A stretch of 63,762 nt of DNA, the filler included, from Octopus bimaculoides (taxonomy: Eukaryota): assembly GCF_001194135.2 (NCBI RefSeq). It is 4 parts of 3 records of this genome, joined end to end, with 100 filler letters (N's around TTAATTAATTAA, not from the genome) between each part and the next. Parts side by side here need not be neighbours in the genome. Positions count along the whole stretch, not along the records: positions 1 to 29,282 come from NC_068985.1; 3 more parts are not named here. One strand, given 5' to 3'. Numbering within the stretch: the first letter of the stretch is position 1; the number at the start of each line of letters is the position of its first letter. Of the stretch, positions 1 to 14,805 are shown in pieces. The position numbers and the translations under genes are program-made. Under the pieces are notes generated by a model. That model was not told the origin of the DNA. It was given only the letters and a program-made list of their open reading frames with translations, and searched no databases.

Positions 1-135
1 GGATCTCTAGGAATGATAAAAAAAGGTACTGAAATCTATTTGAAAATGATACCAGGCTTACCATCTCTACAAGAGGTGCAAAAAATCGTGCTAACTGGAA
101 CGACTCATGTACTAAGAAGAGCATTATCGCTGTGA
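1..135 (+). pseudogene. C-terminal end of an RLE-type non-LTR retrotransposon ORF (R4/Dong/HERO-like)
   Basis: Frame 1 reads GSLGMIKKGTEIYLKMIPGLPSLQEVQKIVLTGTTHVLRRALSL*, homologous to the GALG...IQKIALLGTAHxLR termini at 25087-25539, 33658-33882 and 49502-49741. Confidence 0.8.
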
Positions 136-689
136 AAACAACATCCATTCATGATTTTTTTCTTTTTTTTTTATTCTTAAATACATGTTTTACCTATGAA
201 TTTGCATGTGTAAATTGGGAATGCATACAACGTTTCTCTGCCCTAGGTGTACGGAAAACACTCGGCGAGAAATGGGAAAAAATTTGAAGAAAGAAGAAAA
301 AAAAACATAATAATAATTGTAATGATGATGATGAAGAGGAGGATGATGATGACGACGACGATAATAATTTGTGACTTAATATAAAATATGAAATTTTAAT
401 GAAAAAAAAATTAACATTTAAAAGTTATCAGAATTTGATTTTGTTGTTGTTTTTTTATTTAGAATTGTAGAAGTTTACGAGGTGTCTGTCGAGAAGGAAA
501 TAATTACCACAGGTAAGATATTGAAAAATAAAAAAAAAACACCAATATCTAGGACTTATATGGGAACTATAAGAAAAGAAATTACAAAAACAGACATATT
601 ATAAAGACCAGACGAGCATAAGGTTTTAGACTTGTGTAAAATATGTTACAACGATGTAAAGATCCTGGGAACATGGGTATCGATCCTGG

Positions 690-1510
690 GAACATGCAAG
701 TACAACTCTACGTCTCATCCTGAAATACCTGTTCTGATTATGTTATACGCAGAAATCAAATTTAACAAGAGTTTTATATGTAATTGAAATTTGATGAAAA
801 ACCCTCGACCCCTCTGTTTTCTACTATACAGACGTATAAGACTGGCTATCATCGTTTTAGTACATTCCATAGTAAATTTGCGTTAATAACAGACGTTATA
901 TATATAGAAATGGAACGTTAAGCAGGAATTGAGGAATCAGCGATAGATTAATTATGAATTGCGGAAACTTTGAAACGATGTTGCCATACTTCCTCTAATT
1001 AAATCAATGTATGTTTAGTAGTTATTGTATATCGGAAAATGAAAAATAACTATTTATATTAGAAGCTCAAGAATACATATCTCACTGTCAGATGAATAAA
1101 GATAAAGCTTCAGCTAATTAGAGAAATACGCTATACGTAGTTCAAAAGACAATTATTGGCATTTAAAAGAAAAGCCAGTTTGATATGATCAACCTTAATG
1201 ACGATCAAGAGGAAATCGTAGAAGTGTGAGAGAAAAGGATGAAAGAAATTACTAGGGCAACAGGCCAAAAGCCAGTCAAATTCAGACAACAGTTAAAATG
1301 AAGGTTACAGAAAAGTGATTTAAGTTGAGGATAGCAGTTGATAAGATTGTATGTGAAGATATTGAGAAAATATACATCGTTAGTTGAGATCGTCTTAAGA
1401 AGAATGCTCAAACAATAGTACTACCTGTGGTCTTTAAAGATAGAACATTTTGAAGATTAACCACCATGGAAAAGATCACATTTAACCCGTAGCAAAACCT
1501 TATAAATTAG
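690..1510 (+). mobile_element. Highly decayed Ty3/Gypsy-like integrase with possible chromodomain remnant
   Basis: YNSTSHPEIPVLIMLY near 700-750 resembles the integrase YNSTPH...P...LYG motif. VEIVLRRMLKQ*YYLWSLKIEHFED*PPW near 1383-1470 resembles a chromodomain. Many stops. Confidence 0.4.
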
Positions 1511-2134
1511 AGAGAACAAACACAATTACAATACTGCCAATCGCTTATTTGCAACAGAAAAACGTATAAATATTGAAAGGATTGCTAACAAGGATCGAAG
1601 TTTTAATTTTGAAGGCAAAATACTGCAAAATTACTAAATGTAAAGGAATATGCCACCGATGTTAGCAAAGTTGGTTTTGGTATTTCTTTATGGGAATCTT
1701 TTATCTCGGTACTTATTTACTACCAAATAATAATCACGCAAGAAAAATGATACCTCAATTGCCAACCACCGACAAGGGCAGTTGCCAATGCCAGCGGGCA
1801 TCGAAATAAATACACATCTCTATATTCTGTATTGTTATACAATTATTGCTAATATACACCCCAGATTATATTACCGATCACAGAATCGAACACAGAATTA
1901 CTCATCGATCGAATTACAGCGTGAGTTACAATGAATACTAGCTTAGGACGTAAGGTATAAATCGATGTGCTTATCCGTAACCGGGAACAATATTGAGAGC
2001 CATTAGGGTATTCGCCCAGAAAATATATCCACCCAAATTCACGCTAATATGTATGTGTGTGCGTGTTAAATAAAATGAGACAGCAAAGCTAAGACCTGGG
2101 TCTTCTCGATAACAATAGATCTCTTATATATTTG

Positions 2135-2441
2135 CAGAACTCCTTTCGGTCATGACTGACCATGGGATTGCACCTAGAAAGTTACCCCCGAGTCACCAGT
2201 CCAGGCAAATTGTTTATAGAAGACCAGCAGTCGCCAATGCATAGAGGCCTCTCCACGTCACCAAGTGAAAGGCAAAAACCGATACAGATTAGCACCTGTG
2301 ACGTTGCAACTCATTTCTACAGCTGAGTTAACTGGAGCAACGAGAAATAAAGTGTCTTGCTCAAGAACACAACACGCAGCCCGGTCCGGGATTCGAACTC
2401 ACAACCTCGTGATCGGAAGCTCCACTCTCCGACCACTGAGA
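2135..2441 (-). mobile_element. tRNA-derived SINE, family C
   Basis: Minus strand has tRNA-like head CTCAGTGGTCGGAGAG...GAGTTCGAATCCCG (A/B boxes), then GTGTTCTTGAGCAAGACAC shared with copies at 49193 and 57370-57690. Confidence 0.8.
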
Positions 2442-2643
2442 CTTCATTCATATATATGCCTTCATTCATATATATATGCCTTGCTCGGAATATAAACCAC
2501 TCCTCTTTCTTTCCTTCTCTGAGAGTCTTATTAATACTTTGCATATATCACGTTCTCGCGTTGTTGTTTTTTCATTGGTGTCTTTTGTTTCCGTTTTTTC
2601 ATTAATTATATATATATATATATATATGTCTGTGTGTATGTGT

Positions 2644-2692
<49 letters not shown>

Positions 2693-3686
2693 CGTATATG
2701 CATGTGTGTTTATGCGCATGATGAGTGAAGACATAATGTCTTATGGATGTCTTATGGATCATATCATATTTGTGCCACAATTTCTAAAGCCCTTAATACT
2801 GATATATCTTCAGTGTTATGAAATTGTATTTGGTACCAGTTTCATTTCTCGCAGTTTCTATCGACATTTCTAAATTGCGTTACAGCTTATTGAATAATTT
2901 TTCACTGAAATATTTTCATTTGTCTTAAACAATGCGCATATGAATCTCATCACCTCGTTTTACCATACTTCACTGTGTTTCAGAAAATTAACTCGCAGCT
3001 ATTTATAAATTTACAGATCACCCTCAAAATGTTTATTATCAAATAAAAATCGATTATGTTTTACTGAGAATTAAAATCAATAGCTATTTTTCATCTGTCG
3101 TTTTCAATCTAGTTTTTTTTCTTTTTTCATTTATTCAAATACTGACAATATGACAAATACTTTAGCTGTTTATTGTTGTTTTGTTCCCATTATTACCGTA
3201 AGAAGGCCAAGTCAGAAACAAAACTAATCGTTAATAATCTGAAGCTCTCACATTTCCTGACATCCTCTACAGCTTCACTGATAATTGATGGCCTGTTCAT
3301 TTTATTTTATATATTTATCATAGAAATTCCTATCTTCCACTCTATTGTAATGTGCTTATTGTAAGGAAATGTCGCCGATCATGCTTTTCAACATATTTCC
3401 TCAATTGATATTCTAATAGACTGTTTTCGTGCTTAATAAAGAACATGTAGATAAATGAAAACATGCTAAATACAAGTTCTTATAAATGTTAAAGTATCTC
3501 TTTCAATTCGTTCATTTTGTGCTAAATGAGTTTCTCCGTGATATGGCTATACACAATGTTCCTCAAGAAGTCAAATAGCAATCTCTTCCATTCTCCAGTG
3601 TATTACATGTAAGAATGAAAAAGAAAGTGATAAAAATATATTATAATGTGCACACACACATATATGCATATGTATGTATCAATGCA

Positions 3687-3729
<43 letters not shown>

Positions 3730-3755
3730 ACATGATTACGTATATTAGGAGATAA

Positions 3756-4030
3756 TCTTTTATTCTTTTACTTGTTTCAGTCACTTGGAGCAATTCTTTA
3801 AAGGGTGTTAGTCGAAGAAATGTACCCCAGGACTTACTCTTTGGAAGCCTTATCCAACGGGTCCCTTTTGCAGAATTGCAGAAGAGACTGATCGTGACGG
3901 GATAAACAAACACTCAAACAAACACACACACACACACACACACGCACACACACATACAACACACATACATACACACATGCACACGCAAACATTCACACAC
4001 ACATACGTACACATTTATATAGATGGATAA

Positions 4031-4068
<38 letters not shown>

Positions 4069-4185
4069 GGATGGATGGATAGATAGATAGATAGATAGAT
4101 GGATAGATAGATAGATATGTGTATGTTAGTGTGTGTGTGTGTGAATACTACCGACTTCTTCCAGTTTCCGTCTGTCAAATGCACT
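3756..4185 (-). mobile_element. SINE family A, diverged copy with internal (CA)n/(GATA)n
   Basis: Reverse complement matches the family A tail (GACTGAAACAAGTAAAAG, AAGTCCTGGGGTAC) and body (GACGGAAACTGGAAGAAG). Confidence 0.7.
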
Positions 4186-4199
4186 TAGGATGCTTTTCT

Positions 4200-4800
4200 C
4201 GAATGGTAGTGTTTTAAAAAATTGAAGTGATATGATAAAATTGTGTTTGTTGGCGATATAAATTAAAAATGAAAAATTACTGCTTTTGATTTTGGTAAGA
4301 ACACTTTAGTGTGAGAGTCTTTAAATCCATATATGCTTCCTTGGTAGGTCTTCTGTAATAATCCATAATAGTTATATGTAAAATCCTGTATTATCCTAAT
4401 ATTATCCTGTAGTCCAAACATAGTTCATAGACGTAGATAATATAGAACAATGGAATCCTATATTGATAAGCATTTATAGATAACTCAGAAATATCAAATG
4501 TGGAATTTGTATAATTTAACGAATGGTAGTTCTTTTTTAAAATTATGATGTAATATGAGGAAATATTGTTTGTTTGAAATATAAATTAAAAATTACTGCT
4601 TTTGATTTTGGTATGAGAATCTTTACTATGAGAATCTTGAAATTCATATATGCCTCCTTAGTAATTATTCTGCAGTAATCTATAATAATTATCTACAAAT
4701 TTCATTACATTGTCCAGTATTCCAATTATAGTTCTTAGACTTAAATAATATAAAATAAAATTATATGTAAAGTTATAAAAGTATAAATTGCTTAGAGTTT
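4200..4800. repeat. Old tandem duplication, unit about 320 bp
   Basis: CGAATGGTAGT at 4200 and 4520; AAAAATTACTGCTTTTGATTTTGGTA in both units; alignable with many substitutions. Confidence 0.8.
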
Positions 4801-5814
4801 CTTTTATAAAATTGGTCAATATTTCTTTTATGAAATTATGAATTTGTAAAAATATTTCATTTTTATTTCTGTTCTAATAAAATAGAAATTAACAAATATA
4901 AAAACAGCTGTAATAATAATAACAAGAGCAATAATACTATTAAGATAAGATATAGCAATATGAATATATGTAATACTAAAAATACGGGAACACCTAGCAA
5001 ACCTAACAAACCTAACAAACCGCAGCAAATTTCTAACTACTATACATAATGAAACATTATATGTGTGTGTGCTTTATGTGTATGTGTGTGACAGTGTGTC
5101 TGTGTGAGAGAGTGTGTATGTGTGTGCGCGTGTGTATGTCTGTAAATAGGTACCTGGTCTTACCTATGTGTGTATGTATATTTTTCAAATAGTCTTTCCC
5201 TATAGCTGTTTCAGTAATAACATACATTATTTTGATAAATATAAAACAATAATATAATTATGAAGATAGTAGCTATGATATTTTCAAAAATGTAATCTAG
5301 AATATAATTTATAAATCCCTAAGCTCCGCATATAGACAAGAAGAAAAAAAAAGTGAACATGCGACAGAGAAAATTAGATTTCTAAACATATAGATTGGTC
5401 TATTTTCTATCGTATTACTTTTCACTTATTCATTTTCCATATAACATCCATTTCACTACGAAAATTGTTTTTAAAATTCTTGGTAATGTGATTCTCATTT
5501 CTGCTGTAATTATATGACAATTATATAGTTATAAAAGTATGATTGCTGATATTACGTAGGATTTAAGGAAACATCTGTAGAATGGAAACAAATTTAAATG
5601 CTACAGTTAATCTTTGACTCTATCATTCATTCAAATGCATTTTGCTCAGATAAAGCGTTATTGCCTATTTTAGGCAATGAATAACATATCATATGGAAAT
5701 GGCTCTTCAGTGTACGTAACCGGATTATATGTGATGTAATATATCATGTTCTAGCTTTTGTTTTTGTTTCACGTAAAATCACCGTTTCTCAACGCTGTAT
5801 GTATGTGTGCGCGC

Positions 5815-5846
<32 letters not shown>

Positions 5847-8800
5847 NNNNNNNNNNNNNNNNNNNNNNNNNNNNNNNNNNNNNNNNNNNNTATATATTGT
5901 GTGTGTGTATATATATATATGTATATTATGTAGGTGTATATGTGTGTACATGTAAATGTATAATCACAAACGTACCTATATACATTTATACATGCGTCTG
6001 GGTGTGTTTCAGTTTGTACTAAAATTACATATGCAAGATATGTACGTATGTTTGCTTTTTTACGTTAGCGTTCATGACTGAATTTTTAACTCGATAATTA
6101 GAGAAGATAAAAACAAATGCGTAATATCTGATAAACAAAATTACAGTTCATGCTTTCAAAATAATTTCTATTTAATGCTGCTTGTTTACAAGGAATTTAT
6201 TTTGAGATATAATTTATTTGACAAATGAGATGATGAATATCATCAGTGTCCATATTTTATTAATTGTTAAGCCGTGATTAATTTTCCCTGTGGAATATGG
6301 AAATAAATTCGTTTCCTATAATTCAATTTTGAAGAATGACAATAGTTGCAATATATCCAAAATTATTCGTTATATTCCACGCGTAACTATTATATTTACA
6401 ACATTACGCATTTTGCTTCATCGTTTCTTTTATTTTTCCTGTTTTTTTTTTCTTTTCAATGCACGTTTAGAAACTATATATTTAAATTGATGCATGCATT
6501 TCTCGTTAATTTTTTAACGGATGATATTTGGACAATATATAGCGATACTAAAATTATAATAAAATTGTTTCCATGCGTTCTTAATTGACAAGTGATAAGT
6601 TATTGGATGTCAAGATATGGCGCAAGTGGAAAGCAACGTGCAGTAGGATAGTTGGAATGTATAGTTGGATGTAGAATTTGGATAACGTTCGTTCGAAATG
6701 ATTATGCCTCATAACTTTAATAAAACGTTGAATCTATCTTTCTAATATAATCTGCTTTTGTTTTATTTTAATTTCATTAATTAATCGTTATTTATAGAGT
6801 AATATTTGATAATGGAGAGCAATCTATTGACATTGATTTAGGAGTCAATGAAGATTAATAGGAAAGCGCTTGATAATGTGAAAATCAAATGTTAAACAAC
6901 CCTGCAACGTATCTGTACCATTTTTCAATTATTTTCTTGTAATAAAAAATCTACTGATACGCTTAGATTTAGAGCAGAGTAGTAAACTACATTTTTCTTC
7001 TTTAATCTATGAATATATATAATTGTGTGTCTATCGCTTGCTATTTATGAGTGTATTTGAAAGTATATATGTAGATGTATGCGGGTTTATATCTACTTGA
7101 ACGCCTGTCATTAGCAATAACATTTATTTTATGCTACGAATTTTTATAGATTTCAGATCAGCTCATAGTGTGTCCACTTGTTGCACAAAAGTTAATCGCA
7201 ATAATTTTGTACTTATATCTATTATATAAGACTTCTTAAACGTCCCACTATTTTCAGTTTCACTTGTGAACGGCATATACAAATTTTCCTATTAAAATCA
7301 ATGTGCAAGTGTTTAGTAACATTTTAATATATGATTACCCGATTGCAGTGTACAATACACATCTGATGATACTACAGAAAGCAAATGCTGTTACCAAATT
7401 GAAGTAATTTAATCGATTAAAATATCATGTAAATATATGTCGAATACCCTTCTCTAAAAACAGACATATACAAATAGATGTTCAAAATATGTATCTGTAT
7501 ATATATATATGTATATATATATTTGTATATCTTTGCGTAGATATGAAACATTATAGAACCGAACATAGTTTTAATAATGCGAATTAATGCTCTATTTATG
7601 CAGTGTAGAGTTGATGCGATAGGAAACAAAATTAAAATCGTACGTTGAGAAAAAACAATTTTACCTCTCTGACATTAAAATAATTGCATTAAGATATTTG
7701 AAAAAAAACACTCTGAAATCTAAGTGATTTAAGAGATAGCATTGAATACAGATAAGTTAGAAAATATTGGAGGAAAGATTAGAATCTAATTTACACAAGT
7801 TTATAATATAAAGTATACAATATCCGTCCAGTAAAATCTACCATATCTTGTTAGGTGGTAGCAAATATATTTGTTATCTCTGTTTCCACATTTTTCTTCA
7901 ACACAAAACACACCGTCCTTGATATTTCAGGGTATGTTCTGCCTTATATTATGCGATACACAGTATAAAATATTTCCCATACATTACCGATGATTATTTT
8001 TTTTATTATACACTAATTAATGTTATTTGCTCTATTTGCAGATTAATATTTAAATGTTTAAATATATTGCTATACTATTAACATACACACTTTCTCCAGC
8101 TAACGTGTGAGATACGCAAAAGACAATACAGAACATAAACAACGGAAATAACATGCAACTTCTGTGTTTTATGAGATCTACGGTGGCCGATATAATAATA
8201 ACAAAAACTGTAAAGTCACAACCAGTATATTTGGAGAGGACACAGCATATAAATTGAACAATATAAATTTCTTTTGTAAAATACATCTTTTACAGAGAAT
8301 TGTCCGGAAAATTTTGATGAAATGATAAGAAGAGCATGCATGAATAATTCTACTTTGCTTGCTAGTATGCACGCACATTTTCAGATTATATTTCGTTTTT
8401 CTTTTGCATGTTGCTCCATCGCTTTACACGTATTGCAAGTCTTTGACATAAGTCAAACGTGATGAGCAGAAGGATAATTGGTTTCGATCATGGATATGAA
8501 ATGCAAGAATGCACGATTTAATCATTCAATACATATCCACCTGAGGGTATTTTCAAAATGTGACCGGTCTACTTATATCTATATGTTTGAAAATATATTG
8601 GCATAAAGTTAAATGGATATTACGGTTTATATATTGAAAACTATGACTTTCTTTCATATTTCTTCCTATTTATTAAAAAAGGTGACATAATAAGCGATCA
8701 TTGATGAGATTTCTCACTTTTGGTAAATGGAACATTTTCAATGTGTTATTTTAATTATTTTCAAATCGTCAGTGAATACATTAATAAAGACAGTAAAAAG

Positions 8801-10250
8801 TTGCTAAAAATGCAAAGACATAGTGCCGCTTGATCCAGTTATATAACAACGCACTATACAAGTAATTTCTAATATGGCATGACTACAAACGCTGTTCTTA
8901 ATCCACATGAAACTAAAAATATAACTGTTCAAAGTTAATAGTATTTTAGTTCTTGTAAGTGAAAAGACAAACGAACACCAATTGATTTGTAACGATGTGC
9001 CTCTATATTTCAATTCTGTTACATTCCTTACTGTCATTATTATTTAGACCATATAGAATGGGATGAAGATAACTCTATTATTACAATATAATTTTTCCTC
9101 TTTCACAATATTGTAAATAACATATTTTATAATATGGTTGTAAATTTTAATTACGGTGTATAGATGATGTAGTCAAATATATATATGCCTACTTTTGATG
9201 CTTCGCAAAAATATTGATGTATTCACAAAATATACATAGCACTGTAATTAAACTTCAATTGCATTCATCAATATCAGGTAAAATAAGTAGCATTCTATTT
9301 GGGAATATAACACAATATATTATCAAGTATTGATGTTAATGCAGTAGACTGTTTCTTCGTGTGCATGTAATGTGAGAACTACAATGTTATATATCATTCC
9401 TTTCTGATCAGTTTTAGTTCTTTATTTAATGTGTGAAAAACACGCGATACTTATAGAAACAATTCTATATATTGGTTATGTTAATAAAACCATGCAAAAA
9501 CAAACGTAGAAATATTTGTTCGTCATAGGGAAAAAGTCATTAGGTTTCATCATTCTCTTCCACACCACTGTTTGGTTCCTTCTTATCTCTCATTTGGTTA
9601 TTATGAAATAATTATATACCAGCGTCTATCTTACAACAAAATAAATAATATTTCAGTAACCAATACAATTTGACAGTTGTTTCTTTCTTTTGAATAGATA
9701 ACCTATTGTGAAATTTTTATGTTTAAAAATTCAGAAATCTAGTCTAATTAAAGTTGATGGAAATGTACTAAATAATCTGTAAAGCGAAAGTGTAATAATA
9801 CTTTAAATTCATTTTCATAATATTGATCGAAGCAACAGTGAATCAGATAACAAGAAATTCAGAACTGTCTTCATGATCCCAAATTGGAAATATATTTTTT
9901 TAAAATTACAACATGTGTAAATAGCATTATTATTATTACGATATCTAAATAAGCGTTCTACATTGTAAGACACAGATTACTGGATAGTAGGTAATCATTA
10001 GTGTTGTCTAATATTTTTCTCTTTATCGTATTGATTTCTAGTAACCAGTCTTTAGATTATAAATGATATAATCATGGAATTAAAATATATATTAACTGGG
10101 ATTAAAACAATATAATTTTCTCATTTTATAACTTTATCAATACATCTATTAAATATCGTTTCCAAAGTAACTCCATGAGAATATGCAATTATTTCTCGAA
10201 AGATATGAATAGATTGGAAATAGCTGACATGGAATCGTTATAGCAATATA

Positions 10251-11466
10251 TTGATGAGTATAAGAATAATAGCCTTCCTAGAGAAAAATCATCTCATAAA
10301 TTGCAACCAGCATGGCTTCTGTGGTGGAAGGGATTGTCTAACACAGCTTCCCCACCACTTCGATGATATTTTAAATGCGCTAAGTGAGGGCTCCAATGCC
10401 GATGTCATATACTTTGATTTCAGCAAAGCCTTTGAGAGATTCGACCATAGTATACAGTTAAGGAAATCATCCCACGCTGGAGAAAGATGCATGAATGGAT
10501 TAGAAATTTCTTAACAAACAGGACCGAGCATGTTGTGATTAATGGCATCCACTCAAGACCAGTAAATGTCATCAGCAAAGTCCCGCAGGGTACTGTGTTG
10601 GGTCTACTTTTTATTGTCTCTATTAATGACATTGCAGATTCCATTGAATATAGCACCATTAAAATATTTGGAGATGACTATAAACTCCAGAAAGTCATTA
10701 AGGGATTATATGATCGAAAGATGCTTCAATCGGACTTATGTGCAGTAACTCAGTGGGCACAACAAAACAATATGCAGTGGAACAAAGAAAAAGTTGAGCC
10801 CGTACACTTTGGCAAGCAACCGTATACACTACCGTCGGGAGACCTACTTGAACGTCGGATAATATCAGTGACTGAGGTGTAAATACCGACAGCAACCATG
10901 GCTGGATTGTGCACATCAACAAAAAAGTCGAAGTTGCCTCCTCATGGATCCTTAGAGCTTTTCAATCTATGTATCATAAACCCATCATCCTTCGCTTCTC
11001 CACATTCACTAGGCGCCACCACGAATACTGCTGCCCATTGTGGTCCTCCTACAAAAAACAAGACATAATGAGGATCAAAGTGTCACGAAGATCAATAACT
11101 AAAACAATAAATGGCATGATGGGAATTGATTATAGGGCTCGACTGAAACAGCCGAAACACTATTCTCTGCAACGCCGCCGTGCGCGATACATTTTTTGCA
11201 CTATGTGTAAAATAATCCACCAATATTATCCGAATTATATCGGTATTATGTTTATAATTCACCCAAGACTAGGCTCCCTTGCAATGCGTCTCCTACAATG
11301 GTCGAGATCACATCACATAAGAATAATGCTACACAATTTCTTTACTGCAAATGATCCTGCTCTTTCCAATGTTAACTTTCAAACGGTACATCGACAAAAT
11401 CCTCCAAGAAATACCGAACAAACAACCTGCACCTGGATATGTCTCAACCAACAACTCTCTGCTTGA
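10251..11466 (+). mobile_element. CR1/L2-clade LINE, frameshifted reverse transcriptase and C-terminal region
   Basis: QHGF..GRDCLTQL, YFDFSKAF, VPQGTVLG, KIFGDD and EYCCPLWS...YSLQRRRARY motifs spread over three frames (ORFs 10251, 10487, 10909). Confidence 0.9.
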
Positions 11467-14400
11467 ATGGTCCATGGTGACTCGAAATAATTAATCAAAA
11501 TACATTTTCAGGTGGTTCTATTTAGTTAGTCATGGCCTGATCCGACAATGTCTCTTGTTTTGTTATCTAATATGTGTTGGTGATTAGTTTATCCAATATA
11601 AGTTTCCCTGTATCCATTAAAGTTCATGGCATAAATCAACGTTCTTGAAGTAGAATCAGATTGTTTATCAAAGTAAAAACCTGTCACGATTTAAATTAGT
11701 GCATTGTGTCTGCAGCGGGGTTTTCACAAGTTCCGCAAATAGATCAACCACAGTTTGCAATCATTGTAATTGTCTCCGTAGTTGGTATGTATGTATATAT
11801 ATATATATATATATGCATGTGTGTACATAGGTACATATATCATGAACTTCTATCCTGCGAAGCGTGCTTGTGCACTGCAGTAAATCTAGAAATTGGAAAT
11901 TCAGGTTTATGAAGTTTATATTCATCATCATTTTGCGAACTAATCTGTATTCAAAAAATATTGGGGTTTTTTTTGTATGTGCATTTTATTTTCTGTGTCT
12001 ATTTGCGTCTATAATTTTGCTTGTGTTCAAATAGGAATGGGATATATAAATGTCAGGTTTCCACTGGAAACGGTATCGGACTCTGGTTAAAACCCATTAG
12101 ATATTTTGCAAATTCTGATGAAGTTAGTGCAATAGACAACTTTTTTCTTAATAAATGCAATATCTCGAGATACTTTAACACACAGGTCTTCGATTATATA
12201 TTTATTTTGAGTATACAAAGGAGAATGAATTTGTATAAGTTTCAAATCGCTATATGAAATGTAGGTCACGATAAAAATAAATATTTAGGATAAATTTAGA
12301 CATCAATAATTGTTAAATACCATTAATAACTTCAATTCTATTTAATCTAATATCTTCTTATCAACACATAAAAATGTCTGCTAGTCTCAATATTTTTAAC
12401 GAGACACTATACGTCCGCTTTATACAATTCCTCTTCAATAAACATTGTCTCCTGTGACCGATATTAGTAGCAAAGCGAAATAAATCGATAATAGACTATA
12501 TTTCCTTAATATACACATTCACTATTATGACATGTAAACTTTATCTATAAACAGATTTTCTAAAGTACCTACGAAAATAAATTATTATATTCGATGTTTT
12601 CATTGTTGGCTCATGGGGCTATAATCTGAGAATTTTTATTGTAAATATAAATATTGTTTCTCTTAAATCTTTAATGCAACTGTATTGCAACGAGATTCCT
12701 TATCTGTAGAAAATGCCTTGCTGTATTACATTTATACACACACACACTCATGCACACACGAACACGCTTACATACCCAAAGACGCTCATATGCGCACACT
12801 CACACACAATGCAACACACATACCGACAACTCTTAAGTAAATGGACACCACTCATTATAACTTTTTGCTTGTGCGGGTACTAGCTGATGTTTCAAACGTT
12901 TTAATGCATCATTAACTCTCGTTTCAAATTGCAGTATACTAATTGTTTCAATCAACAATCCATATCATGATCTCCAGAAGCGAAAGAGCTGTCTGGGTTT
13001 GAAACACAGGCGTAATGTGGGGTCAATATGAAGGTGGAATTAGCAGACGTAAGATTTAAAAAAAACCTTAGGGTTACACTTGCAACAGTAAGCACAGTGA
13101 TTGTATAAGTCAGCAGCCAAAGAAAAGTAGGAATCAATAAATTCCATCCCAAGTTAACCTCGGCTGTTTTCGTTTAACTCCAGACATTCCAAAATAATTC
13201 CCTTTGTACGACATCTTTGTTGATGAGCAAATCCAAATGAGGCATACACTTTCTCTGTAGTATCTCCATGAAAATTGGCTGCTATGGCTGTACAACTAGA
13301 AGGAGACTTTTCTGACTAGCAAAGAAGAAAGAAGCAAATCTTTGAAGATTTATGGCCTGTATATACTTTGGGAAATCTACGTATATGCGTCCATGGGTGT
13401 TTGTGTATGTATATGGTTACATAAATATCCTTATATACGTGCATATACATGTATATAAATTTGTTTGCTCTTTTATACCTGTAAATCTTCAGGCATACTA
13501 AAATATGGTTTGTTAGTCTTGTGTATGGTTCAGTAATGTTTTGCTGAACAACCTGCATAAATGCTTCGCTTATAGCGATCAAAATTTGGTGCTCACTCCC
13601 TACATAAAATCGTCATTACCTGAACAAATGAACTTTGTGACATACCTCAGATGTCGAAGTGATCGCAATACGTGAGAAGAATTGTTTTACTGAAGAACAA
13701 AGCACATCAAAATATCCAGGAATCGAACGCACGAAGATGAGCTCAACATCCTAACCACTACTCCATGTACTACTGCAAGCTAACAAAGTTATAATATTAG
13801 CATAAATATGCACCCACACATATATACATGCATACATATTCACACCTCTGAAATAATACATTTCACATACATTATTTCTCATATATCTGAAGTTGCATAT
13901 TTCCTTAGCTGATTATATATATGAAAGATGTATATGCCTTTTATAAGAGCTTAATGAATCTTAAAAAGAATGCATTATTTCGAGGCACTGTTTCTAAACG
14001 TTTTACGACTTTTTAAAATATTCATAGACGGAAGAATAATTAAATACCTATTATAATCGCGTAAATCATAATTATAGAGCATTTAACTTCCTGGCGACAT
14101 CGCTCTTCCTAAATTAGATGTAGCGTGAAAACGTCTCACACCACTTATAGTATTTCCTTCGCTGTTGACTTTCATTCCCAACTAATGTTAATCTCCATGA
14201 TGATAAAATGTTCTAAAGAAAGTAAAATTATGCTGCAATGTAAATTACTTATTTCCCTGGTGGTTATAACACATTCTATATTCAGCTGAATGAAATCGCG
14301 ATGGAATCACTGTTGAGTTGCCTACGTTGATCACATTAAAACTTAAATTATTTCATTAGTCTAAACAAAAATTCTAATTCAATACGATTTATGTTTCGAA

Positions 14401-14745
14401 ATATTAATCTTTCCTTAGCGTGCTCATGTGTACAATAATTGCTTATCTTGTCGATATCAAATAGTCACGAATTGCCTTTTTCGTGAATGAATACTATGTT
14501 GCATGATGGCTTCTGCATATTGAGAGAACAAGGCGCCACTAAAACATTTATCCATTTGAACCTGAGAATCATACGTCAGCAAGTATTTCAATAGCTCATT
14601 CCTTTTCATATACGTTTTCATAAATAAAAAGAATCAACGTCGTTACATTTGCAGGTAAAATCAAATTTTCATGACTGCTTAAAGTTTCCCCATTGATTAG
14701 TAGATATTATTGATTACGCATTTTATCTTGTGCCTGCAAACATGC

Positions 14746-14805
<60 letters not shown>

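Noticed and set aside
13165-13290. Minus-strand MPHLDLLINKD, similar to a P450 K-helix lead-in
   Set aside because: It lacks ExxR, lies 28 kb downstream of the P450 stop, and has no splice support.
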